This document shows positions 49,925-59,917 of a stretch of 64,000 nucleotides of DNA, piece after piece. Source of the stretch: an uncultured cyanobacterium (GTDB lineage Bacteria; Cyanobacteriota; Cyanobacteriia; Cyanobacteriales; Nostocaceae); the NCBI GenBank assembly GCA_963740315.1, contig CAVUDP010000004.1:160001-224000 (forward strand), given 5' to 3'. The notes under the pieces are model-generated. The model did no database searches, was not told the DNA's origin, and was given only the letters and a program-made list of their open reading frames with translations. The position numbers were made by a program, and so were the translations under genes. Position 1 is the stretch's first letter, and every line of letters begins with the position of its first letter.

Positions 49925-51535
49925 ATGACTATCACAAATGCAGCCCCTAACAAAAATGGGCATCATCTTAAATCAACCGACTTACTCACGCATCATCAAG
50001 ATATTGCTTTTGATGAAGCAGGAATTAAATCGAAATTATTAAGTTTAAATCAACCCTGTTACGTTGTTAAAGTTGAAGAAAAAATCGGATTTACTAATAA
50101 ATTCGACGCGAATGAGCTTGGAGAATTAATCATGGCGCTGCCACCTCTGACGCTGCAACAATTAGGCGATCGCCGTTTTCTGGAATTCCACAAAGTTAAA
50201 TACGCTTATACCGCAGGTGCAATGGCGGGTGGTATTGCGTCTGTTGAATTAGTAATCGCTTTCGGGAAAGCTGGAATCCTCAGTTCCTTTGGTGCTGGAG
50301 GTTTGAGTCGGGAACGTGTTAAAGCTGCGATCGAGACTATTCAGCAAGCTTTACCCGAAGGACCATACGCTTTTAACCTGCTCCACAGTCCCAGCGAACC
50401 TGCAATGGAACGGGGTTCGGTGGACTTATATTTGCAACATGGAGTCAGAACCGTTGAAGCTTCGGCGTTTCTAGATATTACACCCAACATCGTTTACTAT
50501 CGTGCTGCTGGATTAAGTCTTAATAGCAATAATCAAATAGAAATAAATAACAAAGTTATCGCTAAAGTTTCGCGCAAAGAAGTAGCTAGTAAATTTCTGG
50601 CTCCCGCACCGCTCAAAATGCTTCAGGAACTGGTGAATCAAGGCTTAATCACCGAGCTACAGGCGACTTTAGCTCAAAAAGTTCCTGTTGCTGACGATAT
50701 CACCGTTGAAGCCGATTCTGGCGGACATACAGATAATCGTCCTTTAGTGTGTTTGTTACCTTCTATACTTGAATTGCGTGATAAATATCAGCAAAAATAC
50801 GGCTATATAAATCCCGTGCGAATTGGTGTAGGAGGAGGTATTGCAACACCGCAATCAGCATTAGCAGCCTTTATGATGGGTGCTGCTTATGTCGTGACGG
50901 GTTCAATCAATCAATCGTGCGTAGAAGCAGGAACCTCCGAATATACAAAAAAACTGCTTGCAAAAGCCGAAATGGCAGACGTAACTATGGCACCAGCTGC
51001 CGATATGTTTGAGATGGGCGTGAAATTGCAGGTACTCAAACGCGGCACACTTTTCGGAATGCGATCGCAAAAGTTATATGAGCTTTATCAGCGATATGAC
51101 TCCATCGAGGATATCCCCGTTGCGGAAAGAGAAAAGTTAGAAAAACAAGTGTTTCAGCAAAGCTTGGATGCAATTTGGCAAAGTACTCAGGCATATTTAG
51201 CACAACGCAGTCCCCAAAAATTGGAACGGGCTATTAAAAATCCAAAATTTAAAATGGCGTTAATTTTCCGCTGGTATCTCGGCTTATCTTCTCGGTGGTC
51301 AAACTCAGGAGAAAAAGGGCGAGAAACCGATTATCAAATCTGGTGCGGTCCGGCAATGGGTGCCTTTAACAACTGGGTAAAAGACACTTATCTCGCCCAA
51401 CCCCAGAATCGTCAAGTAGTTGATATTGCTTACCACATCCTTACTGGAGCCGCATATTTATACCGACTGCAAACCTTGAAATTGCAAGGGGTGGAATTAC
51501 CTGCGCGTTTTGCTCAATATCATCCCGGTTTGTAG
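49925..51535 (+). CDS. hglA: PfaD-type enoyl reductase (HglA)
   Basis: AGAMAGGIAS, VEASAF, EADSGGHTD, MAPAADMFEMG, QIWCGPAMGAFN. Confidence 0.9.
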   Translation: MTITNAAPNKNGHHLKSTDLLTHHQDIAFDEAGIKSKLLSLNQPCYVVKVEEKIGFTNKFDANELGELIMALPPLTLQQLGDRRFLEFHKVKYAYTAGAMAGGIASVELVIAFGKAGILSSFGAGGLSRERVKAAIETIQQALPEGPYAFNLLHSPSEPAMERGSVDLYLQHGVRTVEASAFLDITPNIVYYRAAGLSLNSNNQIEINNKVIAKVSRKEVASKFLAPAPLKMLQELVNQGLITELQATLAQKVPVADDITVEADSGGHTDNRPLVCLLPSILELRDKYQQKYGYINPVRIGVGGGIATPQSALAAFMMGAAYVVTGSINQSCVEAGTSEYTKKLLAKAEMADVTMAPAADMFEMGVKLQVLKRGTLFGMRSQKLYELYQRYDSIEDIPVAEREKLEKQVFQQSLDAIWQSTQAYLAQRSPQKLERAIKNPKFKMALIFRWYLGLSSRWSNSGEKGRETDYQIWCGPAMGAFNNWVKDTYLAQPQNRQVVDIAYHILTGAAYLYRLQTLKLQGVELPARFAQYHPGL

Positions 51536-51537
51536 TG

Positions 51538-51958
51538 ATGGGGAGAAGGGGGAGATGGGGAGATGGGGAGATGGGGAGATGGGGAGATGGGGAGATGGGG
51601 AGAGGGGGAGATGGGGAGATGGGGAGAGGGGGAGATGGGGAGAGGGGGAGAAGGGGGAGATGGGGAGATGGGGAGATGGTAAGCCCAAAACGTGCGCGGT
51701 GAGAGCAGTCGCGTGCGGGGGTTCCCCCCGTTGAGCGAACTGCCGAACCCGAAGGGGTTCCCCGCGTTGAGAGAAGTGGCGCAACCCGTTACTCTAACGA
51801 GTCGTGCCGCGCTGAACACGCGTTCACCGCTAGGTGCGGCTCAGCGTGCGGCGAGCGGGGGAGATGGGGAGATGGGGAGAGGGGTAAATATCAATTCCTA
51901 ACTCCTAATTCCTACTCCCAACTAACAACTAACAACTAACAACTAACAACTAACAACT
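51538..51958. repeat. (GGGGAGAT)n array carrying a 178-bp GC-rich composite element (51679-51856), then AACAACT repeats
   Basis: The element recurs at 58091-58245. Confidence 0.85.
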
Positions 51959-53461
51959 ATGTCTTTAACAGCTCAAGATATTCAAAGTTGGATGCTTTCT
52001 CAGCTTGCGGAACAGTTAAATATTGAAATTGATGAAATCGATATTCAAGAACCTTTAGATACTTACGGATTAGATTCGGCAGAGGCGATGATTTTGGCTA
52101 GTAAAGCCGAAAAGTTGCTAGGATTTGAATTGCCTCTTAACTTGTTGTGGCTTTATCCTAATGTTGAAACGCTTTCCGAGCGTTTAGCTGAAGAAGTAGT
52201 AGAAAGAAAGTTGCAACAAGAAACCGGAATCAGAACATCAACTTTAGAAGGTAGCAAAATAGATTTAGCTGCTGAAGTTGTTCTCGATCGAGCTATAGAA
52301 CCCCTGAAAGTACCATATGAACCCAAAGACGAGCCGGAAAGCATTTTAGTAACCGGGGGAACGGGGTTTTTAGGAGCTTTCTTAGTTCAAGAACTTTTGC
52401 GCCAAACTAAAGCCGATATCTATTGCTTGGTAAGAGCTGCTGATGCGGAGTCTGGAAAAAATCGTTTACTGAAAAACTTACAACAATATGAAGTTTGGGA
52501 TGAGCAATACGGCTCTAGAATTATTCCAGTTACAGGGGATTTATCAAAACCTTTATTAGGTCTTTCTAGCGAACAGTTTAATTTATTGGCAAGCAAAATT
52601 GATACCATTTATCACAGCGCGGCTTTACTCAACTACGTTTATCCGTATGCGGGGATGAAGGCTGCGAATGTTTTGGGAACCCAAGAAATTATCAGATTAG
52701 CTTGCTCCGTCAAACGTAAACCTTTACATCACGTTTCTAGTATTGCGGTGTTTGAATCAGCCGCTTATGCGGGTACAGTTGTTAAAGAGCAAGATAGCTT
52801 TGACGAGCATGAGGGAATTTTCTTAGGTTACTCTCAAACTAAATGGGTATCTGAAAAATTAGTTAAAATAGCAGGTTCGCGAGGTCTTCCCGTAACTATC
52901 TACAGACCACCTTTGATTGGCGGAGACAGCGAAACAGGAGTCAGCAACACCGAAGACTTCATCTGTTTAATGTTAAAAGGCTGCGTACAGATGAAAAGTT
53001 TTCCTGATATAGACTATTATTTGGATATGTCTCCTGTAGACTATGTGAGCTCTTCAATTGTTTATTTATCGCAGCAGCCCAAATCGATTTCTAAAGCCTT
53101 CCACCTCCAACATCCCCAGCCAATTCAGTTGAGCCAATTAATCAACTGGATTTCAATACTTGGCTACGATATCGAGCAAATTCCCTACGAAGACTGGTTA
53201 GAGAAACTACAAACTAGCGCTTGTACTCCCGATAATCCTCTTTATACCTTAAAGCCTTTTCTACTTCAGCGCTGGACAGAAGAACAGTTAACTGCAACCG
53301 AAATATATATGCAAGAAAGAAGACCATCCCAAATCAGTTGCAAACAAACTCTCGATGCACTCGCTGGTTCTGACATTGTTTGTCCTCCTTTAGATCCGCA
53401 ACTATTTAGTAAGTACTTATCATACCTGCTCAAAAGCGGTTTCTTAACAGCGGTTAGTTAG
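51959..53461 (+). CDS. hglB: ACP plus thioester reductase (HglB/HetM)
   Basis: [26 protein letters not shown]. Confidence 0.9.
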   Translation: MSLTAQDIQSWMLSQLAEQLNIEIDEIDIQEPLDTYGLDSAEAMILASKAEKLLGFELPLNLLWLYPNVETLSERLAEEVVERKLQQETGIRTSTLEGSKIDLAAEVVLDRAIEPLKVPYEPKDEPESILVTGGTGFLGAFLVQELLRQTKADIYCLVRAADAESGKNRLLKNLQQYEVWDEQYGSRIIPVTGDLSKPLLGLSSEQFNLLASKIDTIYHSAALLNYVYPYAGMKAANVLGTQEIIRLACSVKRKPLHHVSSIAVFESAAYAGTVVKEQDSFDEHEGIFLGYSQTKWVSEKLVKIAGSRGLPVTIYRPPLIGGDSETGVSNTEDFICLMLKGCVQMKSFPDIDYYLDMSPVDYVSSSIVYLSQQPKSISKAFHLQHPQPIQLSQLINWISILGYDIEQIPYEDWLEKLQTSACTPDNPLYTLKPFLLQRWTEEQLTATEIYMQERRPSQISCKQTLDALAGSDIVCPPLDPQLFSKYLSYLLKSGFLTAVS

Positions 53462-53580
53462 GAGTAAGAAGAGCGGAGGGAGCTGAGGTAGCGGAGGAAG
53501 AAAATAAATAATTAGTTTTCTTGTAAAAAAATTAATTGCTTCCCCTGCCCCCTCTGCCCCGTCTCCGAGCTTCTTTGCCT

Positions 53581-53859
53581 ATATTTTTATTCATATTAGA
53601 AAGTCAAGTACGCACTGTAATTCAAGCTCGCGGTGAGACATTACCACGATTTTCTACTATCAAAATTTTAAAAATAGTATTTGCAATTCCTTTGACTCAA
53701 ATCATTTCTAACGTCGCATTGCTATCGGCAATGATGATGCGAAAAGTTAAGTGGCGAGGTATAAATTACAAAATAAATGGACCTTGGAATATAAAGTTAG
53801 TTAAATATCGTCCATATAACTATTTAAAAAAATCGATTAATTCGCCTATTTCACTTTAA
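53581..53859 (+). pseudogene. C-terminal remnant of a paralog of the downstream glycosyltransferase
   Basis: LESQVR...PLTQI...KVKWRGINYKINGPWNIKLVKYRPY aligns with LESQVR...PLTQI...QVEWRGITYEIKSPWDIKLVKYKPY; catalytic domain absent. Confidence 0.8.
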
Positions 53860-54045
53860 ATTTTAGTTTTAGTTATAGGAATTGGAAACAGTGAAGATCG
53901 AAATATCCTAGATAGCTATTGCTATAACAATCCTAAATTAGTTGTAAAAAAATTATGCTTATTTATATCTATAAAGTAGTGCGAGCATCTTGCTCGCTGG
54001 CAATAACGAGCAAAATATATGTCTTATCGAAAATAGGATAAATAA

Positions 54046-55314
54046 ATGAATGATATAGCGATTATAATTTTTTGTTTACTTATCGGCTTGGCAATGTTTT
54101 ACGGATGGCTATCAGTTGCTTTTGTATCCAAGCTGCATCAATCTCGGAGGACATCGCAGTCAAAAGATTTATTAATAGATGGAAAGTTACCGCGAACTGC
54201 TATAATACTGTGTTTGCGTGGTGCAGATCCGTTTCTACCTAAATGTATAGAGGCTTTGCTAAACCAAAACTATCCGGATTACGAATTACAAATAGCGATC
54301 GATAGTTATGAAGATCCAGCGTGGAAAATGGTTACTCAAACGTTAAAAGAGCAAGCCGCAAAGCACGTTAAAATTAACACTTTACTGCTTCCTCGTCCAA
54401 CTTGCAGCCTTAAATGTAGTGCCTTAGTACAAACTATATCTGGCTTAGATAATAATTGCGAAGTGGTAGCGTTAGTAGATGCGGATACGGTTGTACATTC
54501 TAATTGGTTGCGTGAATTAGTTAGTCCTTTAAGCAATCCTGAAGTTGGAGCAACAACAGGCAACCGTTGGTATCTTCCCCAGGGTAGATATTGGGGAAAT
54601 GTAGTTAGATATATTTGGAATGTAGCCGCCGTACTTCAGATGTACTTTTATCACATTCCTTGGGGTGGAAGTTTAGCAATTAAAACAGAAGTTTTTCGTC
54701 AAACAGAACTTTTAAGTAAGTGGGAACAAGCTTTGGGGGAAGACACAATGTTAAAACGCATTTTGCAACAACTAGGATTAAGAGTCGAATTTGTACCTTC
54801 TATAATCATGGTAAATCGGGAAGAGTCCGATTTAAAAAGCTTTCTACGTTGGGTAAAACGTCAATTACTTTGCTCTCGACTTTATCACACCGCTTGGAAT
54901 GCGATCGCTATTCAAGGAATTTTAACAACGGTGCTGCCAATAATCGCAATTATGTTATCGCTAGTATTATGGTTAAACGGGAAATTATCTGCTGTAGCTT
55001 ATCTTGGGTGTGGGTTAGCTATCTATATAGTTACTCAAATCTTATGTCTGGTAATTTTAGAAAGTCAGGTGCGCGGTATAGTTGAACTAAAAGGTGAAAT
55101 ACTGCCATCATTTGAAGCAATTACAGTTTTCAAAGTCTTACTAGCACTTCCCCTGACTCAAATAGTTTATGCTTTAGCATTAACTTCAGCAATGTTTATG
55201 CGACAAGTTGAATGGCGCGGTATTACCTATGAAATAAAAAGTCCGTGGGATATAAAGTTAGTCAAATATAAACCCTATACCGATTCACAAACTTCTGTGG
55301 ATTCTATCATTTAA
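54046..55314 (+). CDS. Membrane GT-A glycosyltransferase (GT2/GT21 ceramide-glucosyltransferase-like)
   Basis: N-terminal TM, CLRGAD, SLKC, VDADT, WGGS, GED, RWVKRQ, C-terminal TMs, WRG tail. Confidence 0.82.
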   Translation: MNDIAIIIFCLLIGLAMFYGWLSVAFVSKLHQSRRTSQSKDLLIDGKLPRTAIILCLRGADPFLPKCIEALLNQNYPDYELQIAIDSYEDPAWKMVTQTLKEQAAKHVKINTLLLPRPTCSLKCSALVQTISGLDNNCEVVALVDADTVVHSNWLRELVSPLSNPEVGATTGNRWYLPQGRYWGNVVRYIWNVAAVLQMYFYHIPWGGSLAIKTEVFRQTELLSKWEQALGEDTMLKRILQQLGLRVEFVPSIIMVNREESDLKSFLRWVKRQLLCSRLYHTAWNAIAIQGILTTVLPIIAIMLSLVLWLNGKLSAVAYLGCGLAIYIVTQILCLVILESQVRGIVELKGEILPSFEAITVFKVLLALPLTQIVYALALTSAMFMRQVEWRGITYEIKSPWDIKLVKYKPYTDSQTSVDSII

Positions 55315-55542
55315 AAGTTCAAGTAATCAAGACAAATACTAAGCGTTTTTACATTGCCTGCGTTATTTTAGCATCAGTTAAAAGAAAATATAAACTATAA
55401 ATTTCTTCTGTATTTTTAGAGTTTATATTCTAGATGTAAGTAGCTATTTATTAGTTTAAAAAAACTTTTATTTTGAACTATAATTTAGACTCAAATAAAG
55501 TCATAAGGCAACTATATACTATCATCAAGGGACAAAATAGTC

Positions 55543-56751
55543 ATGGTTCAAAAGGAAAGTCAGCCTTTAAATAAACCCCTCTCCCGGCGGCTTATGTATG
55601 TACTAGTCGCTTTAACTTTGAGCGGTGGGGCTGTCTTTCTTTACAGCTTGGTACAGCTTCGCTCAAATTCCGAACAACCAATTGCACCTACTACACAACC
55701 AAGCGAACCAGTTACTATTGGTGTTGCAGCTTTAGGACGTTTGGAACCTCAAGGAGAAGTTATTCGATTATCCGCACCAACTTCAAGTGGAAGCAATCGA
55801 GTTACTCAACTTTTAATTAAAGAAGGCGATAAAGTCCGTAAAGATCAAATAGTGGCAATTATGGAAACTTACGATCGCAGCCAAGCCGCTTTAAATAAAG
55901 CCAAAGTAGACGTTGAAGTTGCCAAAGCTCAATTAGCGCGAGTCAAAGCTGGCGCAAAATCCGGAGATATTCAGGCTCAAAAAGAAGATATTTCTCGTGT
56001 AAGAGCCGAACTAGAAGGACAAATTGCTACTCAAAAAGCCACCATTGCTCGTATAGAAGCTGAGGTTAAAAATGCCGAAGTTGAAAATCGACGCTATCAA
56101 GAACTTTACCAAGCTGGTGCGATTGCTGCATCCCAAGCAGATACTCGTCGATTGCGATTAGAAACCGCTCAAAAGCAACTTATTGAAGCCAAAGAAACAT
56201 TAAATCGGACTATCGAAACCACCCAAATTCAGTTAGAACAGGCAAAAGCAACCCTAAACAGCGTTAAAGAAGTACGCCCCGTCGATGTACAAGTAGCCCA
56301 AGCCGAATTGCAAAGTGCGATCGCCGTTGTCAAACAAGCAAAAGCCGATTACGAATTAACTGCGATTCGCTCGCCAATAGACGGTCAAATTCTCGATGTT
56401 AACGTCCGTGCAGGAGAAGTAGTTGGAAATAAAGGAATCGCCGAGATCGGAAAAACAAACCAAATGTACGTCGTAGCTGAAGTATACGAAACCGACATTA
56501 AAAAAGTCCGTATCGGTCAACCCGCCGTGATTACGAGTCCAGCCTTCAACGGAACCTTGGAGGGAAAAGTTAATCAAATTGGTTTACAAGTAGACAGACA
56601 AGACATTTTTGACGTTAATCCACAAGCAGACACAGACAACAAAGTAATAGATGTAAAAATCCGTCTCAAACCAGAAGACAGCAAAAAAGTAGCCAATCTA
56701 ACCAACCTGCAAGTACAAACACTTATTAAGACAGTGAGCAGTGAGCAGTGA
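55543..56751 (+). CDS. devB: DevB/HgdB membrane fusion protein
   Basis: VAALGRLEPQGEVI, long coiled coil, VVAEVYETDI, NLTNLQV. Confidence 0.88.
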   Translation: MVQKESQPLNKPLSRRLMYVLVALTLSGGAVFLYSLVQLRSNSEQPIAPTTQPSEPVTIGVAALGRLEPQGEVIRLSAPTSSGSNRVTQLLIKEGDKVRKDQIVAIMETYDRSQAALNKAKVDVEVAKAQLARVKAGAKSGDIQAQKEDISRVRAELEGQIATQKATIARIEAEVKNAEVENRRYQELYQAGAIAASQADTRRLRLETAQKQLIEAKETLNRTIETTQIQLEQAKATLNSVKEVRPVDVQVAQAELQSAIAVVKQAKADYELTAIRSPIDGQILDVNVRAGEVVGNKGIAEIGKTNQMYVVAEVYETDIKKVRIGQPAVITSPAFNGTLEGKVNQIGLQVDRQDIFDVNPQADTDNKVIDVKIRLKPEDSKKVANLTNLQVQTLIKTVSSEQ

Positions 56752-56883
56752 GCAGTTACCAGTTACCAGTTACCAGTTACCAGTTATAAAATTTTAGATT
56801 TTAACAACGGATGCATTTGTTTTAGATATTGAATTAGGAATTATCGAGTAAAAATTCTACCCCCTCTACCCCGTCTCCCCATC

Positions 56884-58050
56884 ATGACCATTCCCGTTGC
56901 TTGGCTACAATTAACTCAACAAAGAGTACGCTTTCTGGCGACTTTAGCGGGTGTTTCCTTTGTTGTGATTCTGATTTTTATGCAGTTTGGCTTCCAAGAT
57001 GCGCTCTATTCTAGTGCTACACAATTACATCAAAATTTTAAAGGCGATCTATTTTTAATTAGTTCTCAATATAATGCTTTAACCTCTCAACAAAGCTTTC
57101 CTCGCAGTCGGTTATATCAAACTTTAGCGTTTAATGGTGTAGAGTCAATCAATCCTGTTTACGTTCAATTTGCTAAATTAAAAAATCCTTATAATGGAAA
57201 AAAGAATCCTATTTATGTAGTTGGTTTCAATCCAGCCCAATCCGCTTTTAACTTACCGTCCGTAAATAAATTATTACCTTTAATTCAACTTCCTAATACA
57301 GTACTTTTTGACGGAGCTTCTCGACCGGAATATGGTCCAATTGCTCAAGACTTTTCCGCAGGTAAAGATATTAAAGTAGAAGTATTTAGTTACAATGCTC
57401 CTATTGGTTATAAAGTAAAAATTGGTGGCTTATTTCCCCTCGGTCCTTCCTTTGGTGTAGATGGTCATTTAATTATGAGCCATTCAACTTTATTACGAAC
57501 CTTTCTTGACCGTAAAGCCAGCTACATAGATATCGGTTTAATTAATCTCAAAGAAAACGCCGATAAAGAACAAATTTTAAAAAACTTGGAAAAGAATTTA
57601 CCTAATGATGTTAAAGTTCTAACCCGTGAAGATTATATCAAATTTGAAAAAGATTACTGGTCTTTACGCACGCCTATTGGTTTTGTGTTTAGCATGATGA
57701 CAATCATGGGGTTAGTAGTTGGAACTGTATTTGTCTACCAAATTCTCTATAGCAATATTTCCACCAATTTAGTTGCCTTTGCCACTTTAAAAGCAATGGG
57801 ATTTAAACATAAATATTTATTAAAAGTTGTATTTCAACAAGCTATATTGTTAGCTATACTTAGTTATATTCCCGGATTAATTATTACCTTTGGTTTGTAT
57901 GACATCGCCAAAGATGCAACAAAACTACCAATAACTATGACTTGGGATAAAGGAATATTAGTTGTATCTTTAGTAACTTCAATGTGTTTAGCTTCTGGCT
58001 TCTTAGCAGTACAAAAATTACAATCTGCCGACCCGGCGGATATATTTTAA
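56884..58050 (+). CDS. devC: DevC/HgdC ABC permease
   Basis: AWLQL, FMQFGFQDAL, SFGVDG, TPIGFVF, ATLKAMG, ADPADIF. Confidence 0.9.
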   Translation: MTIPVAWLQLTQQRVRFLATLAGVSFVVILIFMQFGFQDALYSSATQLHQNFKGDLFLISSQYNALTSQQSFPRSRLYQTLAFNGVESINPVYVQFAKLKNPYNGKKNPIYVVGFNPAQSAFNLPSVNKLLPLIQLPNTVLFDGASRPEYGPIAQDFSAGKDIKVEVFSYNAPIGYKVKIGGLFPLGPSFGVDGHLIMSHSTLLRTFLDRKASYIDIGLINLKENADKEQILKNLEKNLPNDVKVLTREDYIKFEKDYWSLRTPIGFVFSMMTIMGLVVGTVFVYQILYSNISTNLVAFATLKAMGFKHKYLLKVVFQQAILLAILSYIPGLIITFGLYDIAKDATKLPITMTWDKGILVVSLVTSMCLASGFLAVQKLQSADPADIF

Positions 58051-58090
58051 AGAGATGGGGAGATGGGGGAGAGGGGGAGATGGGGAGATG

Positions 58091-58245
58091 GTAAGCCCAA
58101 AACGTGCGCGGTGAGAGCAGTCGCGTGCGGGGGTTCCGTTGAGCGAACTGCCGAACCCGAAGGGGTTCCCCGCGTTGAGAGAAGTGGCGCAACCCGTTAC
58201 TCTAACGAGTCGTGCCGCGCTGAACACGCGGAGCGTGCGGCGAGC
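58091..58245. repeat. Second copy (155 bp) of the GC-rich composite element, in a GGGGAGAT array
   Basis: Matches 51679-51856 except for a 4-C difference and a missing ~19-nt cassette. Confidence 0.85.
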
Positions 58246-58339
58246 GGGGGAGATGGGGTTCGGGGGAGAAGAGGGGACAAGGAGACAAGGAGACAAGGAG
58301 AGATGCGGTAGATCATTAATTATTAACTTTTAACTTTTT

Positions 58340-58465
58340 AGGACTTACGCAAAAGCAACGTAATTACGTCATTACGAGCGATAGCGACGTAATCGCAACA
58401 ACTCTGCGATTGCTTCCCTACACTGCGTTCCGGTCGCAATGACAAATCTCCGTTGCGTAAGTCCT
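58340..58465. mobile_element. 126-bp MITE with AGGACTTACGCA TIRs
   Basis: Reverse complement of 21541-21666. Confidence 0.85.
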
Positions 58466-58540
58466 GCTTTTAACTCCTAATTCCTAACTCCGGTGGTCCT
58501 AACTCAATACCTTTAACCTTTAACCTTTGACCTGACTATT

Positions 58541-59242
58541 ATGAACCAACCTATTATAAAAGTAAAAAACTTAAATCATTACTACGGTAGTAAAGCATTA
58601 AAAAAACAAATTTTATTTGATATTAGCTTAGAAATTAAGCCTGGAGAAATAATCCTTCTTACGGGACCATCAGGTTCTGGTAAAACCACATTATTAACTT
58701 TAATTGGTGGTTTGCGTTCGGTTCAAGAAGGAAGTCTTCAATTTACTGGAAACGAACTTAATAGAGCCAGTGCCGAGCAATTAGTTTATGTACGTCGCCA
58801 AATTGGCTATATTTTTCAGGCTCATAATTTATTAGAATTCTTGACAGCACGGCAAAATGTTCAAATGTCATTAGAACTTCAATCAATTCCGGAACGAGAA
58901 TCAGTTTCTAGAGCCGAAGCAATCTTAAAGTCAGTAATGTTAGGTAATCGCGCAAATCACTACCCCAATCAACTTTCAGGTGGACAAAAGCAAAGAGTGG
59001 CGATCGCTCGTGCTTTAGTTGGTAAGCCTAAATTAATTCTTGCCGATGAACCTACTGCTGCTTTAGACAGTAAAACCGGAAGAGACATCATCGAACAGAT
59101 GCAGCGACTATCCAGAGAACAAGGTTCGGCAATTTTGATGGTAACTCACGACAACCGTATTTTAGATGTCGCAGACAGGACTATTCACATGGAAGATGGC
59201 TTCTTAAAAGAAATAACCGAAAATTCCAAGGTTGGGAGTTAG
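58541..59242 (+). CDS. devA: DevA ABC ATPase
   Basis: GPSGSGKT, IFQAHNL, LSGGQKQR, LADEPT, VTHD. Confidence 0.9.
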   Translation: MNQPIIKVKNLNHYYGSKALKKQILFDISLEIKPGEIILLTGPSGSGKTTLLTLIGGLRSVQEGSLQFTGNELNRASAEQLVYVRRQIGYIFQAHNLLEFLTARQNVQMSLELQSIPERESVSRAEAILKSVMLGNRANHYPNQLSGGQKQRVAIARALVGKPKLILADEPTAALDSKTGRDIIEQMQRLSREQGSAILMVTHDNRILDVADRTIHMEDGFLKEITENSKVGS

Positions 59243-59446
59243 TAAGGGTTAACGCACTACGAATGTATTACCCCTCAAAATAAATGTGGCTCCGTACTAG
59301 TATTCCTTTTCAAAAGTTTTGACAGGTTTGTAGTAAGCGCTGAAGCGCTCCGGATTTAGGGAACCAATGCCAGCACGTAGAACCTTTGTTACCCTTCAAA
59401 AAAAATCAAAAGAACCACTAAGATAAATCAGAATATTTACAACTTA

Positions 59447-59917
59447 TCAAAATAAAAACTGCCAAGCAATTAAAACAATCAGCATATCTAAGATAATTGT
59501 CATCGTTGCTTTTAAATATCTATTACGACTGATTTTCCAACCAGAAAAAACCAAAACACCTAGCAACCAAAGCGAGTAAAGCTGTAAAGGGAAAAAGATT
59601 AAACCAATTACAGCAGCACGAAAAGCCCTTTCTAAGATTTTGTCTGCGGGTGAGACTTTTGCAAATTCATCATCATTATCATCATTCTCAAATTGAATAT
59701 TAGTAGCAGTAAGAATATCAATTGCATTATCCATATCTGCACGAAATACTTTTAACTTAATCCAGCCGACAGCAACAGTCAAATGCCATGCAAAATTCGT
59801 CATAGCCTCATCCGCAAGCAAACAGCGAATTCCCGCCGCTTTCAATTGCTGTTGCGCCAAGGATGCTTCGATTGAATTTATAAAAGTTGCAATTGTCACA
59901 AGCTCATCGTTATTCAT
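59447..59917 (-). CDS. DUF2007-like membrane protein
   Basis: LVTIATF..IEA...L..AGI.C.L.DE pattern plus C-terminal TMs. Confidence 0.7.
   Translation of the reverse strand: MNNDELVTIATFINSIEASLAQQQLKAAGIRCLLADEAMTNFAWHLTVAVGWIKLKVFRADMDNAIDILTATNIQFENDDNDDEFAKVSPADKILERAFRAAVIGLIFFPLQLYSLWLLGVLVFSGWKISRNRYLKATMTIILDMLIVLIAWQFLF

Noticed and set aside
51497..51901. ORFs with GRWGDGEM / SPHLPI repeats (also near 28022, 35324, 44897, 57935-58333)
   Set aside because: Translations of octamer arrays and the composite repeat; no independent coding evidence
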